Shown here piece after piece: positions 44,424 through 54,275 of a stretch of 64,000 bases of DNA. Made by a program: the position numbers and the translations under genes. The notes below the pieces were generated by a model that saw only the letters and a list, made by a program, of their open reading frames with translations, did no database searches and was not told where the DNA came from. How positions within the stretch are numbered: position 1 is the first letter of the stretch; each line of letters opens with the position of its first letter. This DNA comes from an uncultured Acidimicrobiia bacterium (GTDB taxonomy: Bacteria > Acidobacteriota > Terriglobia > Versatilivoradales > Versatilivoraceae), in the NCBI GenBank assembly GCA_963786955.1, contig CAWBAT010000005.1:832001-896000 (forward strand), written 5' to 3'.

Positions 44424-45916
44424 AGATTGTGCTGTCGGTCGTTCTTGGGTCGGGCCTCTTGTTTTTTCAGGCGTTGCGTTCAGCGGTTTCTGAACCGCAA
44501 CGTTTCCCTTTGATCTTTACCCAGTTCGCTCATCGGACCGGAGTATCGACTCCTTCCAATCACCCCTTTCAAGGGCAGCTCTCACGCCCCGAGGGCAGTC
44601 GCTTGGTATTGATGTCATCCTCCGGCAAGCTCAAAGTTCTCACCCCTGAATTGGCGGCAGCCGCAGAAGCTTCGATTTCCTTCGACGGCAAGAAGGTGTT
44701 GTTTTCCGGGAAACGACTTGCTCAGGACAACTGGGACATCTGGGAAATGGAAGTGGATGGGCAGAACAAACATCAGATTACCCACCAGCTTAAAGACTGC
44801 GGAGAACCTCATTATCTGGCCATGAGCGCTCTCAATTATCCCGAATATGACGAAAAGGTCCGTTGGATCACATTTACCTCGACCGCCGCAGGGACCTACG
44901 AAGAATGGGGACCCGCCCTGGCTACGTCCCTCTATGTGCAGAATCTTGATCCCATCATGGGGCGCGGGGTTGTCACTTGGCGAATTACTTTCAATCTGTC
45001 GAGCGATTTTTCTCCCACTGTTCTCCATGATGGGCGAACCCTCTTTACCAGCCATCAGATGGGGGACCGCAAACAAAATTCAGTGGGTCGCTTTCTGTTG
45101 CTGGCTTCCAATTGGGACGGCACCGGATTGAACCTGTTTTGCGGGGATGAGCAGGGTCATCGCATGAAGACCATGGCGTGCGAGATGCCCGACCGGACAT
45201 TGGTTTTCGTGGATTCCGATGGGAATACACCGGATGGCAGCGGGGAGTTAGCTCGCGTCTCATTTCGTCGCCCTTTGCACAGCTATGAGCCACTCAGCAA
45301 AGGAGAGGGGCGCTATCGTAATCCCCAAAGTCTGCCCGACGGTTCTCTGCTTGTTTCCTACGCCACGGGAGAAAATGCCTACGGGCTCTACTTTTTCGAT
45401 TTCGACAAGAAGTGCCCGGGCCGGAAAATTTTTGGTGATTCGAAGTGGGAAGCTGTCCAAGCAGTTCCTGTGTTGCCCACCGTTGAGCCGACAGGCTTGA
45501 TCAGTGCTGTTTATGACGAGCAGACTGCCGGAGACCTGCAGTGCCTGAACGTTTATGATTCTGACCGACCCGAGGCGTCTGACATCCGAAAAGGGGAGGT
45601 GAAACAAGTCCGCTTGGTCCAAGGGATTCCATCCCTGACAGCTTCCTCATCCCCGGAAACGCGTATCCTGGGGGAAGCCCCGGTGGAATCGGATGGTTCT
45701 TTTTTTGTGCGGGTTCCGGCTGACATCCCGTTTTACATCCAAACCCTAAACGCCCAAGGGCAGCCACTACAGACGATGCACCGATGGATATGGGTCCGCA
45801 AGGGGACGAGCCGAAGCTGCATCGGCTGCCATGAGGATAAGGAACTGGCTCCCGAAAACAGGATCACCGAGGCACTTCTCAAGGCGAAGCCCCATCCGGT
45901 GGGGTTAAAGCGTTGA
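44351..45916 (+). CDS. Hydrazine synthase alpha-subunit-like heme protein
   Basis: PEGSRLVL, LKVLT, IWEM.VDG, ITFNLSSDFSP, NWDG, YRNP..LPD..LVSYA, VESDGS, RSCIGCH; true start may be GTG at 44429. Confidence 0.85.
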   Translation: MAKWGDPKIQGCENQSSAQVRRTLKIVLSVVLGSGLLFFQALRSAVSEPQRFPLIFTQFAHRTGVSTPSNHPFQGQLSRPEGSRLVLMSSSGKLKVLTPELAAAAEASISFDGKKVLFSGKRLAQDNWDIWEMEVDGQNKHQITHQLKDCGEPHYLAMSALNYPEYDEKVRWITFTSTAAGTYEEWGPALATSLYVQNLDPIMGRGVVTWRITFNLSSDFSPTVLHDGRTLFTSHQMGDRKQNSVGRFLLLASNWDGTGLNLFCGDEQGHRMKTMACEMPDRTLVFVDSDGNTPDGSGELARVSFRRPLHSYEPLSKGEGRYRNPQSLPDGSLLVSYATGENAYGLYFFDFDKKCPGRKIFGDSKWEAVQAVPVLPTVEPTGLISAVYDEQTAGDLQCLNVYDSDRPEASDIRKGEVKQVRLVQGIPSLTASSSPETRILGEAPVESDGSFFVRVPADIPFYIQTLNAQGQPLQTMHRWIWVRKGTSRSCIGCHEDKELAPENRITEALLKAKPHPVGLKR

Positions 45917-45992
45917 GTTGGAGGATTTGGAGAGCAATGTTGCTGCTTGTCAAGAGAGAACAGATTTTCAGTAAGGGTGGAGGAGTAATTCA

Positions 45993-48548
45993 TTGGCAGC
46001 TCACAAAATGCAGAACCTGGCCGTGATTGCAGGCATCCTCGTTCTGCTCACTTCACTCAGCTTGTCCATGAACTCTGGGCAGTGCGCCTTGGATGGCGGC
46101 AAGCGCAGCCTGTACGCCGTGCCTGAAGATGATCAATATAAATCGCCGATTCAATTGGCCATAAGTAAAGATGGGCAGCGTCTTTTTGTCGCTTGCGAAA
46201 ACAGTAACGAAGTCCTTGTGATCGATATCCGGCAGAACCGGGTTATTCAAAACATCAAGGTGGGGAAACACCCCTTCGGCGTGACGCTCGATCCTGACGA
46301 GAAGAAACTCTATGTCAGCAACCGATGGGATAATTCCTTGACCGTGATTAGCCTGACTTTGCTCGTTGCGGAAAAGACAGTTCCCATCGGGAATGACCCT
46401 CATCAAATGCGGACCGATGCCTCCGGGAAAGTCCTATACGTCAGTAATCTGACCACTCGTGATATCTCGGTGGTGGACACAGCCACGATGCAGGAGACTA
46501 AACGACTGGATGCAGGAGTCTCGCCCTTCGGTATCAGCTTGTCTCCTGACGGAAAATTTCTCTATGCCACCAATCAGTTGTCGAGCCCCGTACCTTTCCG
46601 TAGCGCTCCAGTAACGGAGCTGACGATCGTGGATACAGCCAGCCAGCTCGTAACGGGACGACTGCGGCTGGTATCCACCGTCATTGCCCAGGATGTGGCA
46701 GTCACTCCAGACAGCCAGTTTGCCGTGATCGCCGTCGAAATGCCCAAGAATCTGCTGCCTGAGACTCAGATTTATCAGGGCTGGATGGTCACCCATGGTT
46801 TCGCAATAGCGGAAGCGGGGCCCCGTGGCCGGCTGGCCTACTTCCTGCTTGACGAACCGAATCTTTATTATGCTGATGCTTACGGAGTGGCCATCTCGCC
46901 GGATGGACATCGTCTTTACATCTCATCGAGCGGCGTGGATGTGATTTCCGTCGTCAATCTGGACAAAATTTATGAGCTGCTCAAAGTCAAAGACGGCAAG
47001 ATTGGAATCCCCGATGAAACCATTAAGCTGTATGCCCGGCATCTGGCGCTAAGTTCCGAGTATGTTCAAGCAAGGATTCCAACTGGCAGTAATCCCAAGG
47101 ATATCATCCTCTCCCCGGATGGGAGCCGTCTCTACGTAGCCAACCGTCTATCCGACACTATCCTCATTGTGGACACCAAGTCGAATAAGCCGGCCGGGAC
47201 CATTGAACTGGGTGGCCCTCGTCTGGAGACCGAGCTTCGCAAGGGAGAGAAGCTTTTCAATTACAGCAGCATCAGCTTTCAGAAACAGTTGAGCTGCAAC
47301 ACGTGCCACCCCGAGTATCATCTGGACGGGTTGACCTATGACATTGTCGCGCCAAGCGATCCCATCGGGCAAAACCTGGTCGACAACCGGACGATGCGCG
47401 GTATCGCCTACACCGGCCCCTTTAAGTGGAATGGGAAAAACCCCTCTTTAGCGCGGCAAGATGGGCCTCGCGCAGCTCAATTGTTCTTCAGGTCGCATGG
47501 CTTCGATCCCACTCAGTTGCAGCAAATCGTCAAGTTTGTCGAATCGCTGGGTATCCATCCCAGCCGCTTTCTAGCAGCCGCCGGCACCTTTACCGATCAA
47601 CAGGACGAAGGAAGGATTCTATTTGAGAGGGCGTTTGTCAGATCAGGCCCTCTGGCGGGACGGTATATTCCAGTCGGCAATCGTTGTATCAGTTGCCACC
47701 AGCCTCCCTTCTATACAGACCATGATGTGCACAACGTCGGGACCCAATCCTATACCGATGCCGAGGATGTAGTTGACACTCCGCAGCTCAGCAATGTGTA
47801 TGAAAACGCTCCATTCCTGCATGATGGACGTTGTTACAGTCTGGAAGAAATCTGGACCGTCCACAACCCGGATGACATGCATGGAGCCACCAATGGTTCC
47901 ATGGACAAGCGTGAGTTAAATTCTCTGATTGAATTCTTGAAAACCTTGTCGGCCCGTGAGCCTATGCCCGACAAGGAATTCCTGGAAACCACTTTCCCGA
48001 AGGGGACAGAGAAATCGAATCCATTTTATGTGGAGGGTCTGGTCAATCCGGTCAAACCTGATCTGCGATACCTGGGCAACAAAGCCTGTGCCGAATGCCA
48101 TGTGAAGGAGTACAAGGCCTGGCTTGGCAGTGGACATGCCCGGACCTGGGTCATGCTTGGCTCACGAAATGCCACATTGGTTGGCCAGCAACTGGGTATC
48201 AAGAACTCAAACCTTCAATACAACGTCAAGTGTCTGATGTGCCATGGAACAGCTGCCGATGTCGTCACAGATTCCCGGGCCGCTAATTTCCACATCGAGG
48301 AAGGGGTGAAATGCGAGTCTTGCCACGGCCCCGGCGAAGAGCACACATTGTTTATGAAGCAGAATCCCAAGGGGCCCATGGGAAAATTGAAAATGCCAAC
48401 CCCTGAAGATTGCCTAGTCTGTCATAGGCCGAAGCCTTCCCATGCCCAGCTGAAAAAGGACCCCTTCGATCTCGACACTGACATGAAGAAGATCTCGCAT
48501 TGGAAAGAAAAAATAGCGCCGCGATCTGCTCATGGATCGGGCATGTAG
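45993..48548 (+). CDS. Fused hydrazine synthase beta/gamma-like protein with C-terminal c554-type tetraheme domain
   Basis: YncE-type propeller (PKNLLP, ARIPTG); CcP/MauG-like diheme (CNTCH, CISCH, DTPQL, HDG, DMHG); then CAECH, CLMCH, CESCH, CLVCH. Confidence 0.87.
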   Translation: MAAHKMQNLAVIAGILVLLTSLSLSMNSGQCALDGGKRSLYAVPEDDQYKSPIQLAISKDGQRLFVACENSNEVLVIDIRQNRVIQNIKVGKHPFGVTLDPDEKKLYVSNRWDNSLTVISLTLLVAEKTVPIGNDPHQMRTDASGKVLYVSNLTTRDISVVDTATMQETKRLDAGVSPFGISLSPDGKFLYATNQLSSPVPFRSAPVTELTIVDTASQLVTGRLRLVSTVIAQDVAVTPDSQFAVIAVEMPKNLLPETQIYQGWMVTHGFAIAEAGPRGRLAYFLLDEPNLYYADAYGVAISPDGHRLYISSSGVDVISVVNLDKIYELLKVKDGKIGIPDETIKLYARHLALSSEYVQARIPTGSNPKDIILSPDGSRLYVANRLSDTILIVDTKSNKPAGTIELGGPRLETELRKGEKLFNYSSISFQKQLSCNTCHPEYHLDGLTYDIVAPSDPIGQNLVDNRTMRGIAYTGPFKWNGKNPSLARQDGPRAAQLFFRSHGFDPTQLQQIVKFVESLGIHPSRFLAAAGTFTDQQDEGRILFERAFVRSGPLAGRYIPVGNRCISCHQPPFYTDHDVHNVGTQSYTDAEDVVDTPQLSNVYENAPFLHDGRCYSLEEIWTVHNPDDMHGATNGSMDKRELNSLIEFLKTLSAREPMPDKEFLETTFPKGTEKSNPFYVEGLVNPVKPDLRYLGNKACAECHVKEYKAWLGSGHARTWVMLGSRNATLVGQQLGIKNSNLQYNVKCLMCHGTAADVVTDSRAANFHIEEGVKCESCHGPGEEHTLFMKQNPKGPMGKLKMPTPEDCLVCHRPKPSHAQLKKDPFDLDTDMKKISHWKEKIAPRSAHGSGM

Positions 48549-48640
48549 TCCTTATGCTTCTCATGAGTCTCTATCCTCGGGAGAAGAGGGGACGGTTTTT
48601 ACATCACCGGAAGTAGTTTCTAAATTCTTATTGTTTTCGC

Positions 48641-49840
48641 TTGGAGGCAATAATGAAAAGCAGGACACGAGTCATATTAATTTCCTTGTTTTGGCTGATC
48701 TCTTCTTTTGGCATTTTGGGGATGCCACCGTCCAATACGGCTGAGCAAGCCCCCGCTAGAGCTGAAAAGGAAGAATGGCCTCGGGTCTACACAGAGTGGC
48801 AATCTTTCCACAGCGAGGATGGTCTTCCTTCCAACAAAGTTTATGCTGTCGCCGTGGATGGTGATCGCGTCTGGTTTGGAACTGATAACGGTTTGGCTTT
48901 GTATGAACAGGGAAAATGGACCACATTTGGCGTTGAGGATGGTTTGGCCTATCCCGCCGTTCTCTGCCTGGCGGTCGATCCGGTTACTCGCGACCTGTGG
49001 GCCGGGACGATGAAAGGATTGTCGCATTTCTCCGCAGGTAAATTCGAAAGCTTCACCCAATTCAACAGCGGACTCCCCAACGATGTGGTGTTTGGGGTTT
49101 GCGTGGAAAACCAGAACGTCTGGATCGCTACGACGGCCGGCACCGCTCGCTTTCATACGCACGAGAAGACCTGGGATGTTTATACACCCGCCAATTCCCC
49201 GCAACATGAGCCCTGGGGCTATTTCGTCACTTACGCAGACGGAAAGGTTTATGCCGCTCTTTGGGGTGGCGGAGTATTGGAATTCGATATCGCAACCCAG
49301 GGATGGAAGGCCTGGCGGGATCCGGACGGCGAGATGGAAGTGGATGTATTTCGAGATGATGGACTCATCCACGTGATTACGACTAGCGTCAGCTACGTGG
49401 AGAAGATTCTCTGGGTGTCTACTTATTTTGGCATGAGCCGCTATGACGGCCGTCATTGGCGGGGATATATTGAAGGTGATTCAGGATTGCCCAGCAATTT
49501 CATCAATATGGTCAAAGCCCGAAATAATGTCGCCTGGGTTTGCACGGATCGTGGCTTGGGCACCGTCAATGGCGATACGAACCGCTGGGTGAGCTACGCC
49601 CCTGTTGATCCGCTCTGGGCAAAGCAAAAAAGTCCCGCAGGGGTTCAAGACCCGATCGAGGGAAACCAAGGTTGGGAAGCAAAGATCTTTAATGACAGCA
49701 AGCTCATTAAAACGGTGAAACTGGAACACGGACTTGCCAACAATCACATCTATGGCGTCGATTTTCAGGGAGAGGATATCTGGGTAGCGACCTCCAAGGG
49801 AGTAAGTCATGCCACTTGGAGAGAAGGAGGTGCTCAGTGA
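48641..49840 (+). CDS. Secreted beta-propeller protein (two-component regulator propeller-type repeats)
   Basis: Repeats GLPSNKV, GLPNDVV, GLPSNFI, GLANNHI followed by W.GT..GL-like strands; no kinase domain. Confidence 0.85.
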   Translation: MEAIMKSRTRVILISLFWLISSFGILGMPPSNTAEQAPARAEKEEWPRVYTEWQSFHSEDGLPSNKVYAVAVDGDRVWFGTDNGLALYEQGKWTTFGVEDGLAYPAVLCLAVDPVTRDLWAGTMKGLSHFSAGKFESFTQFNSGLPNDVVFGVCVENQNVWIATTAGTARFHTHEKTWDVYTPANSPQHEPWGYFVTYADGKVYAALWGGGVLEFDIATQGWKAWRDPDGEMEVDVFRDDGLIHVITTSVSYVEKILWVSTYFGMSRYDGRHWRGYIEGDSGLPSNFINMVKARNNVAWVCTDRGLGTVNGDTNRWVSYAPVDPLWAKQKSPAGVQDPIEGNQGWEAKIFNDSKLIKTVKLEHGLANNHIYGVDFQGEDIWVATSKGVSHATWREGGAQ

Positions 49841-51223
49841 AATCGAAGATCTTGTTCAGCTGGTTCGGTATTGATGGCAGTCATGATTATTGCAGGCCTC
49901 ATTCCGGTTGCCGAAGAAAAAAAATTGCCTTCAAGCGATACTGGAACTGCCGGGAACGCGGCAACCGCTTCCTCCTCGGCCGAACAGTCCCCGGAGCCCA
50001 AGAAAAAGGAACTCTATGGCAACATGCCGGAAGATCTTGAGCCATTTGGCAAATTTGTGAAAGAGCCCTACAAGAAATATTTCGTGCCCAGTGATGCAGC
50101 GATCACTTTTTGGGGACCCGGGCGCGAAAAATCCGAACCTGAAGTGGATACTGTAAAGATTGGGTTGCTGGCCCCGGTAGAGCGTAGCCACGAAACTTAT
50201 ATGGGCCGCTCGATATTGAACGGAATGACCCTTGCGCTTGAAGAAGCCAACGCCGCAGGAGGATATAAAGGAAAGCCATTTGAGGCCGTGGTGAAAAACG
50301 ACTCCGGTTTGTGGGGGGCCTCCGCCAATGAAATCATCAACTTTACTTACGAAGAAAAAGTCTGGGCTGTCATTGGTACTGTGGATGGGGCCAACAGCCA
50401 CATTGCCATTCGTGTGGCTCTGCGCACCGATATCCCGATGATGAACGTGGCTGACCTTGACCCGACCTTGATGGAAACGCGCATCCCCTGGGTTTTTCGC
50501 AATGTCCAGGACGACCGGCAAATGGCCTACACGATTGCCTATTACGTCTACAAACAGTTGGGGTTTAACAAAGTGGCCATTCTGCGCGCCAATAATCGCT
50601 ACGGCCGTTTTGGTGTGGCCCAATTTCGAAAAGCCTCCATCCGGCTGAGCAAACCTGCCCCGATCGAAGTCAATTATGAGATCAACTACGATCAGGTCAA
50701 CCTGGATTTCATCACTCAGATGAGTCGTCTCAAAGAAGCAAATCCGGACGGAATTATCCTCTGGGCGGACCCTGTACCGGCAGGCCTACTCGTAAAGAAG
50801 ATTCGGGAAATGGGAATGAGCATTCCCGTCGTTGCCTGCGAACGGATCCTCAACCCTGCTTTCATCAGGGAAGCCGGGCCAGCCGCCGAAGGGGTGGTGG
50901 CTACGTCGCCATTCAATTCTGAGTCCGGAGAGTCCGAAGTTCGTCGAATTCAAGAAGAAGTACAAGGCACACTTCGCAGCGACCCTGATATGTATGCGGC
51001 TTATTCTTATGATGGAACTAACATGGTCATTGCTGCCATCCATAAAGCCGGCTTGAATCGATATCGCATCCGTGACGAAATGACGTTGCAGCAAGATTGG
51101 GAAGGAGTCACTGGAATCTGCCATTATGACGATGTGTTCACGAATCGTTCACCCGTCACCGTGGCCACCGTAAAAAATGGCAAATGGGTCTATGGCATCC
51201 CCAAATTGGAGCATGTCTTTTGA
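49837..51223 (+). CDS. LivJ-type (type I periplasmic) substrate-binding protein
   Basis: VKIGLLAP, ALEEANAAGG, AAYSYDG, EGVTG; GTGA coupling with the upstream gene; indels near the start and at about 50930-50980. Confidence 0.85.
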
Positions 51224-51225
51224 TC

Positions 51226-52448
51226 ATGAACAGTTTGTATTCCACATTGGTATGTCTGCTCGTATTGGCGGCCGCGCCGCAGGCACCTTATCTCGATTTT
51301 TCACATGCTGGGGCTGGGTTCTATGGAAGCGGCAGGGAAATCCCAGAACCGATAGACCTCACTTCAGTCAGGATCGGGGTGCTGGGGCCCGAAACGAGTC
51401 CCGAGGGGAGGCAGATGCGGTCCGCTATCCAAATGGCTATCGATGAAGCCAATGCGCGCGGCGGTTACGGGTTAAAAGTCCAGCTCCTTAGAGCATCTCC
51501 ATATGGCGAAAAATCTCCCTGTTCCGAGGAGGCTCGGGTGATTCCGTACGAAATGGTTTTTCGCCCCGACGATGGCCCCTGGGGGACAGCCACCAGCCAG
51601 GTTGTCAAATTCGCCTATGAAGACAGGGTCTGGACGATCATCGGTGGACTCGATGGCCAACGAACACATATCGCCGAATTGGTCGTGACTAAAGCCTGGG
51701 TACCGGTTATCAGCCCCGGGACGACCGATTCCACTGTTGACTACGCCAACGTCCCCTGGGTTTTCCGGGCCGTCCCCGCCGACAGCCGACAGGCCGACGC
51801 TTTGCTGGCCTTTGCCAACAAACAAGGCTATAGCCGACTGGTCGTCCTGTCTGAAATAGAAAGAGAATCCTATGCCAGTTTCAAGCGATTGAGTGAAAGT
51901 GCGCGGCATGGGCATACTACATTTGCGATGCATTTGGATTATCCGCCGGAAAATCCGGTGGCCGTCATTCCTCAACTGCAGGGTATTTCGTTCGATGCCG
52001 CCGTGATTTGGGGAAGGGGAGAGACCGCCATGCCGCTCATCGAAGGGTTGCGCCGAGCCGGCATTCAGGTACCCATCCTGGCTTGTTCGGCATTGGCTAC
52101 GCCGGAAGTGGCAAAGAAACAGCCTGTGTTGGGAAATCTGACAGTCGTGGCCCCGTATGATTTAAGCCGTCACGATTTTGAGCTGGAGAACTTCCAGCGA
52201 CGATATGAATCTCAAACCGGAACCCGGGCAGGGCCGCTGGCGGTTTATTCTTATGATGTGGCTCGGCTCGTCATCGGTGCCATAGAAAAGCAGGGCTCAA
52301 TCGAGCACTCATTCGAGATGAGCTGGCGGGAACTAGGTTTAACGGCCTCGCAGGACCTTATCGGTTCAGTTGCTTGGGAGGCAATGAGGCTGATCCCGTG
52401 CTGATGACACTTCAAGAAAACGGTTGGAGCCGAATTCAGGGCTTCTAA
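51226..52448 (+). CDS. Second LivJ-type substrate-binding protein (3' frameshift)
   Basis: VRIGVLGP, AIDEANARGG, VPWVFR, YSYDVA; C-terminus continues in another frame to TAA at 52448. Confidence 0.82.
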
Positions 52449-52585
52449 ATCCTGCGAAAGCGCCATTTGTCCTCAGGCTAAAAACCAACAGAAACTCCCC
52501 CCAGTAGCCACTTAAGACAAACTTAGCCTGACTCTTCACTCAGCCGAGATTCATTCTCTTTTAAATGGAAGCGGGTACTAGTGGC

Positions 52586-53368
52586 TTAGTGGAGGACCTT
52601 TCCTGTGCGAGACCAACGGGTCTTGGATATGAAGTGAGCCACTACCGATGCATACTCCTGCACGTACTCGGTAATCGACTTTGGACGAGGATCATACGGA
52701 GGCGCTTCATACGACCAATAAATAAAGAGTGGTTTGCCAATGATATTCTTCCCATTGACTACGCCCCAGTATCGACTGTCATTACTATTATCTCGGTTGT
52801 CTCCCATCATGAAATAGCTGTCCGGGGGTATCGCGATCGGGCCGAAGTTATCTCTGACAATATAATCGTCAGGAATACCTGAATCGCGTTCGTAGATCTT
52901 CGAGTCGATAAAGTGTTTGTAGGACTCCTTTAGCTCCGCCCCGTTGATGTAGACCCTTTTGTCTCGAATCTCCAATGTTTCGCCGGGTAATCCAATGACT
53001 CTTTTGATGAACGGAATTTTCGGGTTCTCCGGGGATTTGAATGCCACGATTTCTCCTCGACCGATCGTTCGGGTCGGCAAAATTCTGAGGAGCATTTCCG
53101 GGTAATTTGCAGGGAACGCAAACTTATCCAGGAAAAAATGATCGCCCACCAGAATCGTTGGCTTCATGGATTCCGTGGGAACTTGCGTGGCTTGGGCGAT
53201 GAAATTCGTGAAGAAGAAAACAAAAATTAAGCTAAACACCAGACTTTCCAGCCACTCTCGCGCGGCGCTCTTCCCACGCGGTGGGGATGGCAGAGTCTGG
53301 TTGAGATCTGAGTCGGGATCCAAATTTTGAGTTGGCACTAAATCTTCTTTATTCCTTCTAAGAAACAT
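52586..53368 (-). CDS. lepB: Signal peptidase I
   Basis: PTESMKPT, FIKRVIGLPG, MGDNRDNSNDSRYWG. Confidence 0.95.
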   Translation of the reverse strand: MFLRRNKEDLVPTQNLDPDSDLNQTLPSPPRGKSAAREWLESLVFSLIFVFFFTNFIAQATQVPTESMKPTILVGDHFFLDKFAFPANYPEMLLRILPTRTIGRGEIVAFKSPENPKIPFIKRVIGLPGETLEIRDKRVYINGAELKESYKHFIDSKIYERDSGIPDDYIVRDNFGPIAIPPDSYFMMGDNRDNSNDSRYWGVVNGKNIIGKPLFIYWSYEAPPYDPRPKSITEYVQEYASVVAHFISKTRWSRTGKVLH

Positions 53369-53762
53369 ATTTACTCCAAGTCCGCAATGGCCGCCACTGC
53401 TCCATTAAGATCTTTTCACCTGGGGAAGTTTCATGCCCAGCCCGATAATTCTAGCATGGTCGTGCAAGATTAGGGAACAGACAGCACGGTTGCACGGGGA
53501 AATAATGTTTTGATTCAAGAGACTTCCCTAAGCAGCCGCTATCCAGTAGCGCTTGGATCGGTTTCGACATCTCAAGCTCTCAAGACTCCTCCATTTCATC
53601 AATTTAATCACTTATTTTCAATCTGTTTGGCAGTCCAATAATGGATCGCGCGTATGGGCTTCCGCTCCCGAGGCGCTCCAGCGTGTGTCGACTCACTCGG
53701 TCCATCTCTCCGCCGGCAGCTCGAAGTTGCATGAATGGAATGATGAAAGGGAGTCCTTAGCA

Positions 53763-54261
53763 TCAAGCTTCATGACATGAGCCGGATCCGACATTCTTTA
53801 ACAAGGTAGAGATCGTATTGCGGAAGGTCGGATGGAGGAGGTCTGGCGCTAGGGTCACCAACGGTTCAAGGACAAAACGACGCAAATGCATGCGCGGATG
53901 GGGGATCTGAACCTCTGGTAAATTCAGGATGATCTGATCATAAAGCAGGACATCGATATCAATCAGGCGCGGACCCCGGGGAATCCGTCGTTCCCTTCCC
54001 AATTCGGATTCTACCTCTAGACAGAAATCGAGCAACTCTTCTGGCCCTGCATGAGCCCCTACCTGCAAGACCTGATTGAGAAACCAATCCTGGTCCTTCA
54101 TAATCCACCGGTTCCGTGTGATACAGGACGGAAGCTTTTTTAATTGGAGTCCCTTTAAGGAAGAGTTTTTCGCGGGCGCGTTTCAGGTTTTCTGCCTTAT
54201 CCCCCAGGTTAGAGCCAAGAGAGAGGAATGCTTGATGTGGAGAAACAAGGACATCACTCAT
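53763..54261 (-). CDS. folK: HPPK (folate synthesis), frameshifted
   Basis: LSLGSNLGD, FLNQV, GPRLIDIDVL, PHPRMHLRRFVL. Confidence 0.92.
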
Positions 54262-54275
54262 CGACTCATCCCTCT

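Noticed and set aside
42786-52448. Calling the organism an anammox bacterium or the genes true hzsABC
   Set aside because: Flanking genes look acidobacterial, heme alphaII and the recalled catalytic residues are missing, and no HAO/HDH genes are present in the window; gene symbols withheld.
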